Positions 1 through 10,477 are shown, numbered from the stretch's first letter. The stretch: DNA of 64,000 nucleotides from an uncultured Gammaproteobacteria bacterium (GCA_964435035.1 CAYSXR010000001.1:212622-276621), one strand, 5' to 3'. Translations and numbers: made by a program. Notes: generated by a model not told the origin, from the sequence alone.

Positions 1-1
1 A

Positions 2-367
2 GAGAGTTTCAGTGGACTCATATACACGATTGCACGCACATCTCTCATAGATTTTTTTAGAAGCCGTGCGAGACGAAAAGAATGCACCATTGAAGTCTTG
101 GAAGCGGTAGCTCATGATGGAAATATTGAAGAATCAACTACGCGCGAACAGGAAGTAGAAGTAGTATTGAAAAATTTAAAAATGATGAAACGTGAGTATC
201 AAGAAATTATTGTACTCAAATATATTGAGGAGTTATCGACCAGTGAAATCTCTCATATATTAGACAAGAGTGCTGTATCAATTCGGGTGACCCTTCATCG
301 AGCATTGAAAATTTTGAAAAAAATGATCGAAGAAAAAAAGCCCCTCTCTCGCGGAAAGAAAAAATAA
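2..367 (+). CDS. RNA polymerase sigma factor, ECF (sigma-70 family), 5' partial; gene continues upstream of the window
   Basis: Open frame from position 2 with no stops. It translates to FSGLIYTIARTSLIDFFRSRARRKE...ELSTSEISHILDKSAVSIRVTLHRALKILK, i.e. sigma-70 regions 2 and 4 with a C-terminal HTH. The listed ORF begins at a TTG, so the true start is off-window. Confidence 0.7.
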   Translation, partial: ESFSGLIYTIARTSLIDFFRSRARRKECTIEVLEAVAHDGNIEESTTREQEVEVVLKNLKMMKREYQEIIVLKYIEELSTSEISHILDKSAVSIRVTLHRALKILKKMIEEKKPLSRGKKK

Positions 368-1599
368 TGGTGGAAACGATAATTAAAACCGGGGTAGATA
401 TGAAAGAGCTTAAATCACAACTGAAAAGAATGAAAGACCTCGAAACTCGGATCAATCCAGATCGCGAGTGGATTTTGCGTAATCGTACACGGATGATGAC
501 TCAGATCGGGCACACCTCGCTTCAGTCAGTTGCTCATCGTGTGGAGGGAACAAAAGTGGCACACACGGTAAGTACCTGGACCAAAATTTTTGTACCTCAA
601 ACATTAGTTCGTTCTCTGAAACCTATTACCTCAGTTGCGTTTGCACTGATGATTACAACGGTCGGGTGGATCGCGAGTGCGTATGCAGAACCAGGGGATG
701 TATTGTGGGGAGCAAAAAGTGCGTTTAATTCGGTAGTTGAAAATAGTCGCTTAGCCCTTGCTCCAGAATCAGAACAAGCTTCACTCAAACTTTCGTATGC
801 TTCAAAACAGGCTCATGTACTAAAACAGGTGGTTGAAACTACCAATGTAGAAGGTGAAGAAAAAACAAAATTAGTAGAAAAGACAGCTGATAGTTTGCAG
901 AAAAAACTTGATTCTGCTCAAGAGAGTATTAAAACAGTCGCCCTCACTGACTCAGAAGATTTGGTAAAAAAAGTATCGCTTTCAACACAAGATATTTCGC
1001 AGACACTGAAAGAGACGTTGGAGAATGCAGAGGTTGGTGGAATTTCCGAAAAAATTGAGAAAACTGCAGCTGAGACTACCAAACAAAGTCTGGAAATGGT
1101 AGGGGATGCATTTCAGAAAAAGGCTGACGCAAATATCGAAATTTCCAGTGAAGAAAAAGAAATTGTAAAAGATCATATTGATGCTGCCGTAGAATCTATC
1201 ATCGCTGAAGTTTCCAAAGCTCAGAATAAATTAAATGAACAATCAGCCTCAAGTACACTATTACTAACTACCTCAACACTTGCGACAAATCTATTAACCT
1301 CATCGAGTCCTCTTACTCTCACCACTTCTACAGGATCGACCAGTATCATGGACGCACTTACAACAGTGAAAACGATTGATGAACAGAAGAAGACGGTTGA
1401 TTCGCTCAAAGAAACCAATCTGGTCGAAGCCTTGAACACAACCAAAGCGTTGGCAGAGCGAGTGACAACAGTGATTGAACAAATAACGACACAGAGTGGA
1501 AGTACTACGGTGAATACTCCAGTCACCACTCCAACTTCAACAATAGTTCCTACCACAAGCACTGTTACTACAATCAAGACCGTAAGTTCTACTCAATAA
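367..1599 (+). CDS. Membrane-anchored protein, candidate anti-sigma factor; single TM helix, long Thr/Ser-rich coiled-coil extracytoplasmic region
   Basis: ATG overlaps the sigma stop (TAATG). One hydrophobic helix (ITSVAFALMITTVGWIASAYA) is followed by a low-complexity E/K/T/S-rich region. The position right after an ECF sigma gene fits an anti-sigma factor. Confidence 0.4.
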   Translation: MVETIIKTGVDMKELKSQLKRMKDLETRINPDREWILRNRTRMMTQIGHTSLQSVAHRVEGTKVAHTVSTWTKIFVPQTLVRSLKPITSVAFALMITTVGWIASAYAEPGDVLWGAKSAFNSVVENSRLALAPESEQASLKLSYASKQAHVLKQVVETTNVEGEEKTKLVEKTADSLQKKLDSAQESIKTVALTDSEDLVKKVSLSTQDISQTLKETLENAEVGGISEKIEKTAAETTKQSLEMVGDAFQKKADANIEISSEEKEIVKDHIDAAVESIIAEVSKAQNKLNEQSASSTLLLTTSTLATNLLTSSSPLTLTTSTGSTSIMDALTTVKTIDEQKKTVDSLKETNLVEALNTTKALAERVTTVIEQITTQSGSTTVNTPVTTPTSTIVPTTSTVTTIKTVSSTQ

Positions 1600-1729
1600 T
1601 ATTTGGGACAAAGTGGAAGGGAGGGTATACTAATTTCTCTACCACTTTGCCTCGAATATACAAAAGTAGAAGCAAAGTACGCACGTTTCTTTACACTGTA
1701 ATGTTCCGCCGTAGTCTCTAGAACAGTAT

Positions 1730-1776
1730 GGCAATTATGGAGGCTGAGAACATATGCTCTCGGCTCTATGATTGCC
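1730..1776. promoter_or_regulatory. 47-nt imperfect inverted repeat/RNA hairpin (GGCAATTATGGAGGCTGAGAAC-ATAT-GCTCTCGGCTCTATGATTGCC) in the leader region upstream of the surface-protein gene
   Basis: Arm pairing done by hand: about 19 bp including 3 G-U wobbles and one bulge, with a central ATAT. It lies about 200 nt upstream of the ATG at 1977. Confidence 0.3.
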
Positions 1777-1976
1777 ATACAGTGCCATGGATGAAAATCT
1801 GTGGTTTAGGGGCAAAAAAACGCTCGGGTTTGGCCCTCGAGCTTGTCGCACCACTCATAGAAAAGTCGATCCTGACTCAGTTGGGAATGTAGTGGATTAA
1901 TTAAAAAAATGCCTATCGCAGTGACAGAAGCTTTAGCTTCTCGCGCACAGTTATAGGTAAAAGGTTAAAAATAGTT

Positions 1977-4900
1977 ATGAATGATGTAATTAAATTCGGC
2001 AAGAAGCTCTTTTCAGCTTCTGTAGTTGGAGTAACAATCGCTTGGAGCATGGGCCTTGCAGCCTTCGTTCCAGTAGCTGCTCAAGCTGCAACCTGTCCAG
2101 AACTCGAAGCCGGAGATTTGTTTAAAGCGACCGGTGCCTCAGCTGTATATTATCTTACCGCTGGCATGGAACGCGCATACTTCCCACATGTGGACGTATT
2201 CAACAGTTGGAACCTTAGTTTCAACGATGTAGTAACCGTATCTGGTGAATGTCTTTTTGCTTATCCAGCAGCAACCGTAGCCGGTATCAACTACCGACCT
2301 GGTTCACGATTGGTGAAGCTCTCAGATGCATCACCTGTATTCGCTGTTACCCCTGGTAACAAGCTCGTACAAGTTACGGGAGAATCAGCTGCAGCTCTCT
2401 ATGGAACAAACTGGACATCAGTTTTACGTGATGTTAGTCCATTCCACTGGGCAAGTTACACTGACACTCGAACCACCTGGAGCGAATCAAAGCCTCATGA
2501 TGGTCAGTTTGTAAAGAAGACTGGCGAAACAACTGTATACTTTGTAAAAGAAGGCAAACTCCATCAGGTTGATGGATCAAGTGTGCCTGACGTTCGCACA
2601 GTATCAGCTGCAACATTTGCAGCTCTTCCAATGGGAACGGGTTCAGTAACCGTAAGTTCTGCATACGCTAACCCAACTCAGGTTGATGGTAGCGCACCAG
2701 CGCCTACGACTGGAGCTCTCACGGTAAGTGTGGCTTCAAATACTTCAGCTTCAAAAGTTGTTCCAGGTGGAGCACAAGGAGTTGAGTATCTTGCTTTCAC
2801 CGTTCGAGCTGGCTCTTCAGCTGGTACCCTTGAACAGGTTACCTTGAAGCGCGCTGGAATCGGAAGTCGAAATGACTTTAGCAAAGTATACCTCTATCAC
2901 AATGGTATTCGCCTTGACAACGGTCGTTCACTTAGTACTGATGATGAAGTTACCTTCAATGTTAACAAATCTATTGCAGCAAACTCAACTGAAACATTTT
3001 GGGTAAAGGCTGACATGGACACATTGGTTGGTGATAGCACAGATGCAACTTCTGGAGATCAGAACTACTTTGAAATCAGAACTGCGTCTGATGTGAAAGC
3101 TACTGGTTCAGTAGGTGGATCATTCCCAGTTCGTGGTAATTCAATTTCGATTGGTGCACAAGATATTAGTACCATTACATTGCTTGGACAGGGTACTGGT
3201 TCTACTGCAAAAATCGGTGAAAATGGTGTAGTAGTAAGTGAATTTGATGCTACTGCTGCATCTACCGATGATGTAGAATTAACTTCTATCACTTTGAAGC
3301 AAAGAGGAACCGCTCCTGCAACTGTTCTCACTAATGTGAAATTGATGCAGGGTGGAACCACTGTTGCTATGGGTGTAGTAAGTGGAGACTGGGTAAAATT
3401 TGATTTCACCCAGAAAGTTACGATCGAAGCTGGCGACACCAAGAGATTCAAGGTGTATGCTGACCTCGGAATTGCTGACACTTCAGACACTATCGAACTC
3501 GTACTTGACGAGGCAGCTGATGTGATGGCATACAGTACTGATTTCCCAGGAAGTCTTGCTGGAGTAACTAATACGTACACCACCACACAGTCACTCTCAG
3601 TGACAATTGAAGGTGGAAAGATCAATGTTGATCTTGAAGGAACCAATGAAGATGTACGTGTAGACCAGAACGATGTGGTATTCGGTACATTCTCTGTTCT
3701 TGCAACTGCTGAAGATATTGACGTAGACGAAATGAAATTCGTTGTTATGCGTTCAAACTCAGCTGTATGTCTTGAAGATCTCCGCTTGCGCGACAAGAAC
3801 GGCAAAGGAAGTTACTCTCTTGACTACGATGCAACGTGTTCTACAGGAACTGATAATGCTACTACCACTGCAGAAAACATGATTCTTACCAAGGGAGTTA
3901 CCTATGAATTCGAAATCGTGGGTGATATTGCAAGTACTGCGGTAGATGCAGATGCATATTACGTTACATGGGCAGCTGCTAATGTAACTGCAGATGGTGT
4001 TTCTTCTGACAACACGGTTTCAGCAAATGACTTCTCATCAGCGTCCCTCACCGGTCCTACGATGACAGTTAGCCCTTCAAAACTCACTATTCGTCAGAGT
4101 GCTCTCAGTAACGAGACTGTAGTAAACGGAACCAAGAGTGTTCTTGTATACCGTGGTACTCTCGAAGCTGGAGCAACTTCTGATGTTACGGTGACTTCTC
4201 TTACTGTTGCTGCTACCTCTACCGCTCAAACTTGGGATGGTGTAGTTGATGGTTTGAAACTCTTCATCGACGGTGTACAGGTGTCAAATGACAATACTGT
4301 AACCAGCGAAGAAGCTCTCTTCACCAGCTTCAGTAAAGTTGTAAAAGCAGGATCATCAAACAAAGTAACCTTCGAAGTGTATGCTGACTTGACCGACGGC
4401 TCTACTGTCGAGATGGTACAGCTACAAGTAGAAGATGCTGACGCTACTGACGAGGATGACGACACTGTCACTGCAGTTAGCGCAACTAACGCTACTGTTT
4501 CTGATTCAAACCCAGTTGTAGGAAGTCGTATCCTTACCATTTCTGGTACTGGTACTCTTACTGCAGTATTGGATTCAAACTACACAGGTCTTCGCAATGA
4601 CTTCTACGCAATTGCAGGCACACAGAAACAGCTTGCAGGACGCGTACAGCTCAAAGCACTCTACGAAGATGTAGAGCTTGAGGATCTTGTAGTAACCGTA
4701 AGTTCATCATGGTCAAACACTTCAACTGTTGAAGCGACCTTTGACACATTGAACGTCTATTCAGACGCGGCAATGACTGACCTTCTCGGTACTGCTGACG
4801 TAACTCGTGGAACCGTGACTATCGAAAATGTAAACTTCGTTGTACCTGCTGACACTACCAAGTATCTTTATCTTGGTCTCAACCTCAACAGTGTTGGAAC

Positions 4901-5603
4901 TGGTGACAATGGAACCGCTACACCAAGTACTTCGATCTTCTTGGCCCTCTTGGATGCTGGAACTACAGCTCAGGGTGTATCATCAAATGATGATGTTGAC
5001 CCAACTGTAACTGAAACCGTTGGTAACGATATTATCGTTGCTGGTTCGACTGTATCGAATCTTGCTACCAGTTTTGCAGGTGGAAACCTTGCAGGTGGTG
5101 AACAAGTATTCTTTACCTTCGCAGTTACTGCTAACTCTGGTGTAAACACTGACAACAGTGGAGATGCCCTTGATCTTTACTTGACTCAGTTGAAACTATC
5201 ACTCTCAAGTGATGTAACGAGTGTTACAAGCACAAAACTTTGTCGTGTAAGTACTGGTAACTGTGTAAACATTTATCAGACCACTCCTATCACTTCAAGT
5301 ACAAACAACACAACCTTCTACACTCCAGGTGAATCAGGATACGTTGACGTAACTGAATTTACCAACAGTGATGATGAACGTGTTGACAATGGACAGACTG
5401 CACTCTATGAGCTCCGTGGTACATTCTCAGGAGTTACAGATAAGTATGCACAAGGAAGTATCCAGGACGTTAACGCTGGTGGTATCGTATGGGGCTATGA
5501 CCTCGGCGATGACGGCGTTCTCGACTATGTACATGCAAACTTGTTGCAATTGGAACCTCGATCATCTGGATACCCAGATATCACAGGTGCAGCATTGAAC
5601 TAA
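1977..5603 (+). CDS. Large secreted surface protein (1208 aa), Ser/Thr/Val/Ala-rich with repeated beta-rich modules; S-layer/adhesin-like
   Basis: N-terminal signal peptide (KKLFSASVVGVTIAWSMGLAAFVPVAAQAATCP). Composition is strongly T/S/V/A/G/D-biased with few charged residues. A long 377-bp leader precedes it and a strong terminator follows. Confidence 0.6.
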   Translation: MNDVIKFGKKLFSASVVGVTIAWSMGLAAFVPVAAQAATCPELEAGDLFKATGASAVYYLTAGMERAYFPHVDVFNSWNLSFNDVVTVSGECLFAYPAATVAGINYRPGSRLVKLSDASPVFAVTPGNKLVQVTGESAAALYGTNWTSVLRDVSPFHWASYTDTRTTWSESKPHDGQFVKKTGETTVYFVKEGKLHQVDGSSVPDVRTVSAATFAALPMGTGSVTVSSAYANPTQVDGSAPAPTTGALTVSVASNTSASKVVPGGAQGVEYLAFTVRAGSSAGTLEQVTLKRAGIGSRNDFSKVYLYHNGIRLDNGRSLSTDDEVTFNVNKSIAANSTETFWVKADMDTLVGDSTDATSGDQNYFEIRTASDVKATGSVGGSFPVRGNSISIGAQDISTITLLGQGTGSTAKIGENGVVVSEFDATAASTDDVELTSITLKQRGTAPATVLTNVKLMQGGTTVAMGVVSGDWVKFDFTQKVTIEAGDTKRFKVYADLGIADTSDTIELVLDEAADVMAYSTDFPGSLAGVTNTYTTTQSLSVTIEGGKINVDLEGTNEDVRVDQNDVVFGTFSVLATAEDIDVDEMKFVVMRSNSAVCLEDLRLRDKNGKGSYSLDYDATCSTGTDNATTTAENMILTKGVTYEFEIVGDIASTAVDADAYYVTWAAANVTADGVSSDNTVSANDFSSASLTGPTMTVSPSKLTIRQSALSNETVVNGTKSVLVYRGTLEAGATSDVTVTSLTVAATSTAQTWDGVVDGLKLFIDGVQVSNDNTVTSEEALFTSFSKVVKAGSSNKVTFEVYADLTDGSTVEMVQLQVEDADATDEDDDTVTAVSATNATVSDSNPVVGSRILTISGTGTLTAVLDSNYTGLRNDFYAIAGTQKQLAGRVQLKALYEDVELEDLVVTVSSSWSNTSTVEATFDTLNVYSDAAMTDLLGTADVTRGTVTIENVNFVVPADTTKYLYLGLNLNSVGTGDNGTATPSTSIFLALLDAGTTAQGVSSNDDVDPTVTETVGNDIIVAGSTVSNLATSFAGGNLAGGEQVFFTFAVTANSGVNTDNSGDALDLYLTQLKLSLSSDVTSVTSTKLCRVSTGNCVNIYQTTPITSSTNNTTFYTPGESGYVDVTEFTNSDDERVDNGQTALYELRGTFSGVTDKYAQGSIQDVNAGGIVWGYDLGDDGVLDYVHANLLQLEPRSSGYPDITGAALN

Positions 5604-5648
5604 CCTTAGTTCAATCGATCCATATTCTGTAGTAATACAGAAAAAACA

Positions 5649-5682
5649 CCCCGCCCTTCGAGAAGGGCGGGGTTGTTTTTTG
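5649..5682 (+). terminator. Rho-independent terminator after the surface-protein gene
   Basis: Perfect 10-bp GC-rich stem CCCCGCCCTT / AAGGGCGGGG with a 4-nt loop, followed by TTGTTTTTT. Confidence 0.85.
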
Positions 5683-5783
5683 TCCAGTCCAGGTGTGTAG
5701 AAGACTTGCTTGTATAGGTTGCATATTACGATTGTTTAGGCTATGATACGTTTACTTTTTCTATAATTTTATTAGGTTCTTAT

Positions 5784-7880
5784 ATGGTTACGAAAATCAG
5801 AAAGTTAGTCCCATATCTTGTTGCAGCAACTTTTGTAGTACCCCTGATTCTCCTCAATAACTATATTTTCCCTTTTATTGTTCCTAAGATAGTTTTTTTT
5901 AGATCGCTAGTGCTCGTCATTGCGGGTTGTTATGCACTTTTGTTGGTTTCAAATTTTTCAAAATATCGACCACGTCTTTCATTTCTCACCATAAGTATTC
6001 TATTATTCTGGCTGAGTTTTGCGATCTCTACGTTTACAGGCGTCGATTGGTATCGTAGTTTTTGGGATAATCATGAGCGAATGCTTGGGTTGTTCACCAT
6101 TACTCACTACACCATATTATATCTCGTTGCGTCTTCGGTTCTTGAATCAGATCGTGAGTGGAATACGGTGTTTCGCTCAGCGCTTATTCTTGGATCTCTC
6201 GTGATGCTTATCGGCGTATGGCAGAAGTTTGTGAATCCACAGGCCCTTCTCAATAACGGTTCATGGCGTGTATCTGCAACATTAGGTAATTCTATTTATT
6301 ATAGTGGATACGGACTCTTTTTGATGTTTTTGGGTGGGCTACAATTTTTCAGGGAACAGAGTAAGAATTGGAAATATATTGCTCTCAGTGTAGGGTTGTT
6401 AGGTTTTTTGGGTATATTTTTTGGAGGAACGAGAGGTACAATTCTTGGAATGCTTGCGGGTTTTGTTACACTGGCGTTTTGTTATATTGTATTAGAGAAA
6501 GAAAAAAGTAAAACACGAAGCATAATTACATACCTTGCAGCGGCAGGAGTCGTCGTTTTTGCTCTATTGTTCATGTTTAGGCAAACGGCATTTGTCTCAG
6601 AAATTCCTGGGTTGGGACGACTTCTAAACACGTCATTTTCACTCAATTCGACTGAGAGTACTCGTCCAATGGCGTGGAGCACTGCGGTTGATGCATGGAA
6701 GGAAAAACCATTATTTGGGTGGGGACCTAATAATTTCTATTATGCGTTCAACGAGCACTACAACCCTCAATTTTTGAAATTTGGGTGGAATGAAACCTGG
6801 TTTGATAACGCACATAGTGTTATTTTTAACACGCTCACGGTCCAGGGAATTGTAGGTATTGCGACGTATCTACTCATCTATATCGCTGCCTGTACGCTTA
6901 TTTTAGTAGGTGTGCGAAGGGGTATAATCAGGAGTCAGGTGGGATATATTTCTGCATCATTTTTAGTGGCACATTTTGTAGGATTGGTGACGGTATTTGA
7001 AAATCCAACGTCCTATCTGTACTTTTTTGTCTTTGTAGCTTTTGTAGCTTTTTCTACCCGCGGTGTCGCATTGCGTAAAAAAAAGGATGTTGAAGAAAAA
7101 GAAGAAGCTGTAGTAGTGAAAAAAAATAGTATCACCGAACATGGTGCGAAAGTTTCCGCAGGTCTCGTGGTGACCGTCGGTGTCGTAGTTTTTTTGTTGG
7201 TGTATATTACTGATATTGCTCCTGCGCGAGCAAACAAGGCAACTATTGCAGCCATTCAAAAAATTTATGCAGGAACTGCAGATGAGAAGTTGTATGATGA
7301 TGCGTTGGAGTTTTCAAGTCCTCACATCGATGATATTAGAAATGATATTTCGCGTACAGTATTAGGTGTGTTGCCACAGTTGGTACAGCAGGGGAAGGGT
7401 GAACAGGCACTCATATTGTTTAATGAAACTGTTGAAGAATTGAAGAAGAATCAATTGCTCCATCCACTTGATGTACGTGTGTATTTTGTACTTTCACAAC
7501 TGTATGAATTTGGCTATCAAGCTACACAGAATACAGAGTTTTTGGCTCAAAGTGAGAATTCTCTTCGTCAGGCTGTGTATTTTTCTCCCAAGCGGCAGCA
7601 ATTCCTCTATGCTCTTTCTCAAAATTTGATCCAACAGGGTAAATTGTCTGAAGCAGAGGATATATTGAAAAGATCAATTAACGATTTTGAAAATATCGGT
7701 GAAGGATGGGTACGACTTGCCCTGATTTATGCGGCACAAAATAAAACAACAGAAGCAAGAGAAACTGCAGAAAAAGTGTTAGAATGGTTTGATAATCCAA
7801 CTTCTTCAGTTTATCAATTGAACCTCGACTGGAAACCAGTATTGGAGCAAATAAGAGGGGTAACGTCGACGAGTAACTAA
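5784..7880 (+). CDS. O-antigen ligase family (Wzy_C domain) polytopic membrane protein with C-terminal TPR repeats
   Basis: About 12 TM helices. The Wzy_C hallmark WFDNAHSVIFNTLTVQGIVGIATYLLIY (AHN..L..G..G) is present. The C-terminal about 250 aa contain TPR-like helical repeats (LALIYAAQNKTTEARETAEKVLE). Confidence 0.6.
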   Translation: MVTKIRKLVPYLVAATFVVPLILLNNYIFPFIVPKIVFFRSLVLVIAGCYALLLVSNFSKYRPRLSFLTISILLFWLSFAISTFTGVDWYRSFWDNHERMLGLFTITHYTILYLVASSVLESDREWNTVFRSALILGSLVMLIGVWQKFVNPQALLNNGSWRVSATLGNSIYYSGYGLFLMFLGGLQFFREQSKNWKYIALSVGLLGFLGIFFGGTRGTILGMLAGFVTLAFCYIVLEKEKSKTRSIITYLAAAGVVVFALLFMFRQTAFVSEIPGLGRLLNTSFSLNSTESTRPMAWSTAVDAWKEKPLFGWGPNNFYYAFNEHYNPQFLKFGWNETWFDNAHSVIFNTLTVQGIVGIATYLLIYIAACTLILVGVRRGIIRSQVGYISASFLVAHFVGLVTVFENPTSYLYFFVFVAFVAFSTRGVALRKKKDVEEKEEAVVVKKNSITEHGAKVSAGLVVTVGVVVFLLVYITDIAPARANKATIAAIQKIYAGTADEKLYDDALEFSSPHIDDIRNDISRTVLGVLPQLVQQGKGEQALILFNETVEELKKNQLLHPLDVRVYFVLSQLYEFGYQATQNTEFLAQSENSLRQAVYFSPKRQQFLYALSQNLIQQGKLSEAEDILKRSINDFENIGEGWVRLALIYAAQNKTTEARETAEKVLEWFDNPTSSVYQLNLDWKPVLEQIRGVTSTSN

Positions 7881-7902
7881 TTATATTTTAAACTGTAGTG
7901 TT

Positions 7903-8691
7903 ATGAAAACAGTAATTTTATGTGGCGGAACAGGAACGCGCATGAAAGAAGAAACAGAGTTCAAGCCTAAGCCGCTTGTGTTGGTTGGGGGTAAGCCGAT
8001 TTTGTGGCATATCATGAAAATTTATGCACATTATGGCTATAATGAATTCATTCTTGCATTGGGGTACAAGGGTGATATGATCAAACAGCACTTTCTCAAT
8101 TGGAGAACGTTACTCAATGATTTTACGCTTGATACCAAAAATCATGAATTCACCTTCCATAATAATGAATGTGATGACTTTAAAATTACCTTTGCAGAAA
8201 CTGGTCCAGATAGTTTGACTGGTGAGCGTGTACGGAGAATTAGAAAATATATCGGAGATGATCCAGAGTTCATGGTAACGTATGGTGATGGTGTTGCTGA
8301 TATTAATATTGCCGAACTCCTTGATTTCCACAAAAAACAAAACACGCCCGTAACAATTACTGGTGTTCGTCCTACGCATCGATTTGGACTCCTTGATATC
8401 GATCACACGTCAGAAAAAATTAAGGGTTTTTATCAGAAACACGTGACCAACGACACTGATAAAATTTCGAGTGATTATATTAATGGAGGATTTATGGTCT
8501 TGAACTCAAATGTCTTTGATCAGATTGAAGAAAATTCAATGATTGAGTCAATTTTTGAACCACTAGCTCGTAAAGATCAATTGTCAGTGTATAGACATAA
8601 GGGAATGTGGAAATGCATGGATACCTATAAAGAAGTTGAAGAATTAAATAAACAGTGGCACGCCGATCCTTTTTGGAAAGTGTGGGCATAA
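7903..8691 (+). CDS. rfbF: Glucose-1-phosphate cytidylyltransferase
   Basis: The N-terminus MKTVILCGGTGTRMKEETEFKPKPLVLVGGKPILWHIMKIYAHYGYNEF matches the RfbF/DdhA nucleotidyltransferase signature (GGxGTR, KPKP, ILWHIMK). Length is 262 aa. Confidence 0.85.
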   Translation: MKTVILCGGTGTRMKEETEFKPKPLVLVGGKPILWHIMKIYAHYGYNEFILALGYKGDMIKQHFLNWRTLLNDFTLDTKNHEFTFHNNECDDFKITFAETGPDSLTGERVRRIRKYIGDDPEFMVTYGDGVADINIAELLDFHKKQNTPVTITGVRPTHRFGLLDIDHTSEKIKGFYQKHVTNDTDKISSDYINGGFMVLNSNVFDQIEENSMIESIFEPLARKDQLSVYRHKGMWKCMDTYKEVEELNKQWHADPFWKVWA

Positions 8692-8706
8692 GTAGGTCTT
8701 AAAACT

Positions 8707-9681
8707 ATGAGTAGTTTGATACATCAAAATATACTAGTAACAGGGGGTGAGGGATTAGTTGGTTCGCATCTGGTAGAGGCTCTACTTCTAAAAAAACCAG
8801 GGAAATTAGTAGTGCTTTCTCGTGATCGGGACCCCCAATCATATTTTGCAGGATCTGGGCTTGAAAACAAAGTTATATGTGCATATGGTGATCTGAAAGA
8901 TAAGGAGCGGATATGTGATATCGTGACTGCGTATGAAATTAATTATATTTTTCATATTGGTGCGCAAGCTATTGTGCATACGGCATTTGTAAATCCATAT
9001 GAAACGCTGGCAAGTAATATTATGGGTACAATTCATGTGCTTGAAGCTGCTCGCCTATCTCCACAGGTAAAAGGTGTCGTGGTCGCATCAAGTGATAAAG
9101 CGTATGGAAAAGACTGTGTAGATGCAGTAGAAGATCATGAATTACGAGGTGATCATCCATACGATGTATCAAAATCATGCACCGATTTGATTGCACAGAC
9201 ATATGCCTCGACTTATGGAGTACCTGTCACGATTAGTAGGTGTGGAAATATTTTTGGTCCAGGAGATTTGCATTTCAATCGGATTATTCCCGGATCCATG
9301 AAGGCGTTCATTGAGAATGAAACGTTGGAGATACGCAGTAATGGTGAATTTGTGAGAGATTATGTATATGTCAAAGATGTGGTTGCAGGGTATGTACTTT
9401 TAGCTGAACAGATTGAACGCACCAAAGGCGAAGCATTTAATTTTAGTACGGGGTATAATTACAGTGTGATTAATCTGATAAAAAAAATATCAGAAGTTCT
9501 CGGATCTGAAATCAAATATACAATTGTAAATAATCAAAAAAATGAAATTCCAGAGCAGAGTCTGAATTATGAAAAAGCAGTACAGGTATTAGGCTGGAAA
9601 TCCACGGTCTCTCTTGAACAATCACTACAGGAAACCTATAAGTGGTATTGTTCATATTTTAAAAAATATGAATCCCGCTGA
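8707..9681 (+). CDS. rfbG: CDP-glucose 4,6-dehydratase
   Basis: Extended SDR fold: VTGGEGLVGSHL Rossmann motif and SSDKAYG...YDVSK catalytic Tyr/Lys. Length (324 aa) and position right after rfbF fit. Confidence 0.8.
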   Translation: MSSLIHQNILVTGGEGLVGSHLVEALLLKKPGKLVVLSRDRDPQSYFAGSGLENKVICAYGDLKDKERICDIVTAYEINYIFHIGAQAIVHTAFVNPYETLASNIMGTIHVLEAARLSPQVKGVVVASSDKAYGKDCVDAVEDHELRGDHPYDVSKSCTDLIAQTYASTYGVPVTISRCGNIFGPGDLHFNRIIPGSMKAFIENETLEIRSNGEFVRDYVYVKDVVAGYVLLAEQIERTKGEAFNFSTGYNYSVINLIKKISEVLGSEIKYTIVNNQKNEIPEQSLNYEKAVQVLGWKSTVSLEQSLQETYKWYCSYFKKYESR

Positions 9682-10477
9682 ATTAAAAAAAGAAGCCCGT
9701 GAAATAAGAAAAAAGATTTTGAAGATGATTACCAAATCAAAAAGCTCCCATATCGGATCATGTTTTAGTATTGTTGATATAGTGACCGTACTCTATAATG
9801 AAACGCTTTCTATTTCATCGCATGACGATCCGGACCGTGATATATTTATTTTAAGTAAAGGTCACGCGGCTGCAGCACTGTATGCCACGCTCGCACAACG
9901 TAATTTTTTTTCTTCTGAAATTCTCGATTCGTATTCGGAAGATGGGTCGCTGTTGGCAGGGCATGTGATAAAGGGCTGTGTACCAGGATTAGAGGCAACT
10001 GTAGGTTCACTGGGGCACGGATTCCCGATGGTGGGCGGTTTTGCGCTTGCAAATAAAGGGAATACCAGGAAGTTCTACTGTTTGGTAGGGGATGGTGAGT
10101 GTAATGAGGGATCTATCTGGGAGGCAGCAAACTTTTGTAGTCAATTCAAACTGAATAATCTCACCGTCATTATTGATTGCAATAAACAACAGGGTATGGG
10201 GTATACCACGGATATTATGAATATGGATAATATGAAAGAGCGCTGGAGCGCATGTGGGTGGGAAACCATAGAGGTTGATGGGCATAATTTTGATGAACTA
10301 AAAAAAGTTTTTGCGTATTCCTGTAGCCGGACGAGTAATCAGCCATTGGCAATAATTGCGCACACCATAAAAGGAAAAGGAATTTCATGGATGGAAGATA
10401 GGATCGAATGGCATTATCGGCCACCAACGGATGAGGAATTAAAAAAAGCATTACTAGAAATTGAGGAAATTGTATGA
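9668..10477 (+). CDS. Transketolase, N-terminal (ThDP/pyrophosphate-binding) subunit
   Basis: SKGHAAAALYATLA, GSLGHG and the ThDP motif GDGECNEGSIWEA are present. The start is moved to the ATG at 9668 (MNPAELKK), overlapping the rfbG stop by 14 nt. Confidence 0.8.
   Translation: MNPAELKKEAREIRKKILKMITKSKSSHIGSCFSIVDIVTVLYNETLSISSHDDPDRDIFILSKGHAAAALYATLAQRNFFSSEILDSYSEDGSLLAGHVIKGCVPGLEATVGSLGHGFPMVGGFALANKGNTRKFYCLVGDGECNEGSIWEAANFCSQFKLNNLTVIIDCNKQQGMGYTTDIMNMDNMKERWSACGWETIEVDGHNFDELKKVFAYSCSRTSNQPLAIIAHTIKGKGISWMEDRIEWHYRPPTDEELKKALLEIEEIV

Noticed and set aside
3065-3805. 246-aa minus-strand ORF inside the surface-protein gene, and other small internal or antisense ORFs in the low-GC part
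   Set aside because: They lie within a well-supported long + strand gene. Composition is Ser/Thr-rich in mirror image and there are no start signals.
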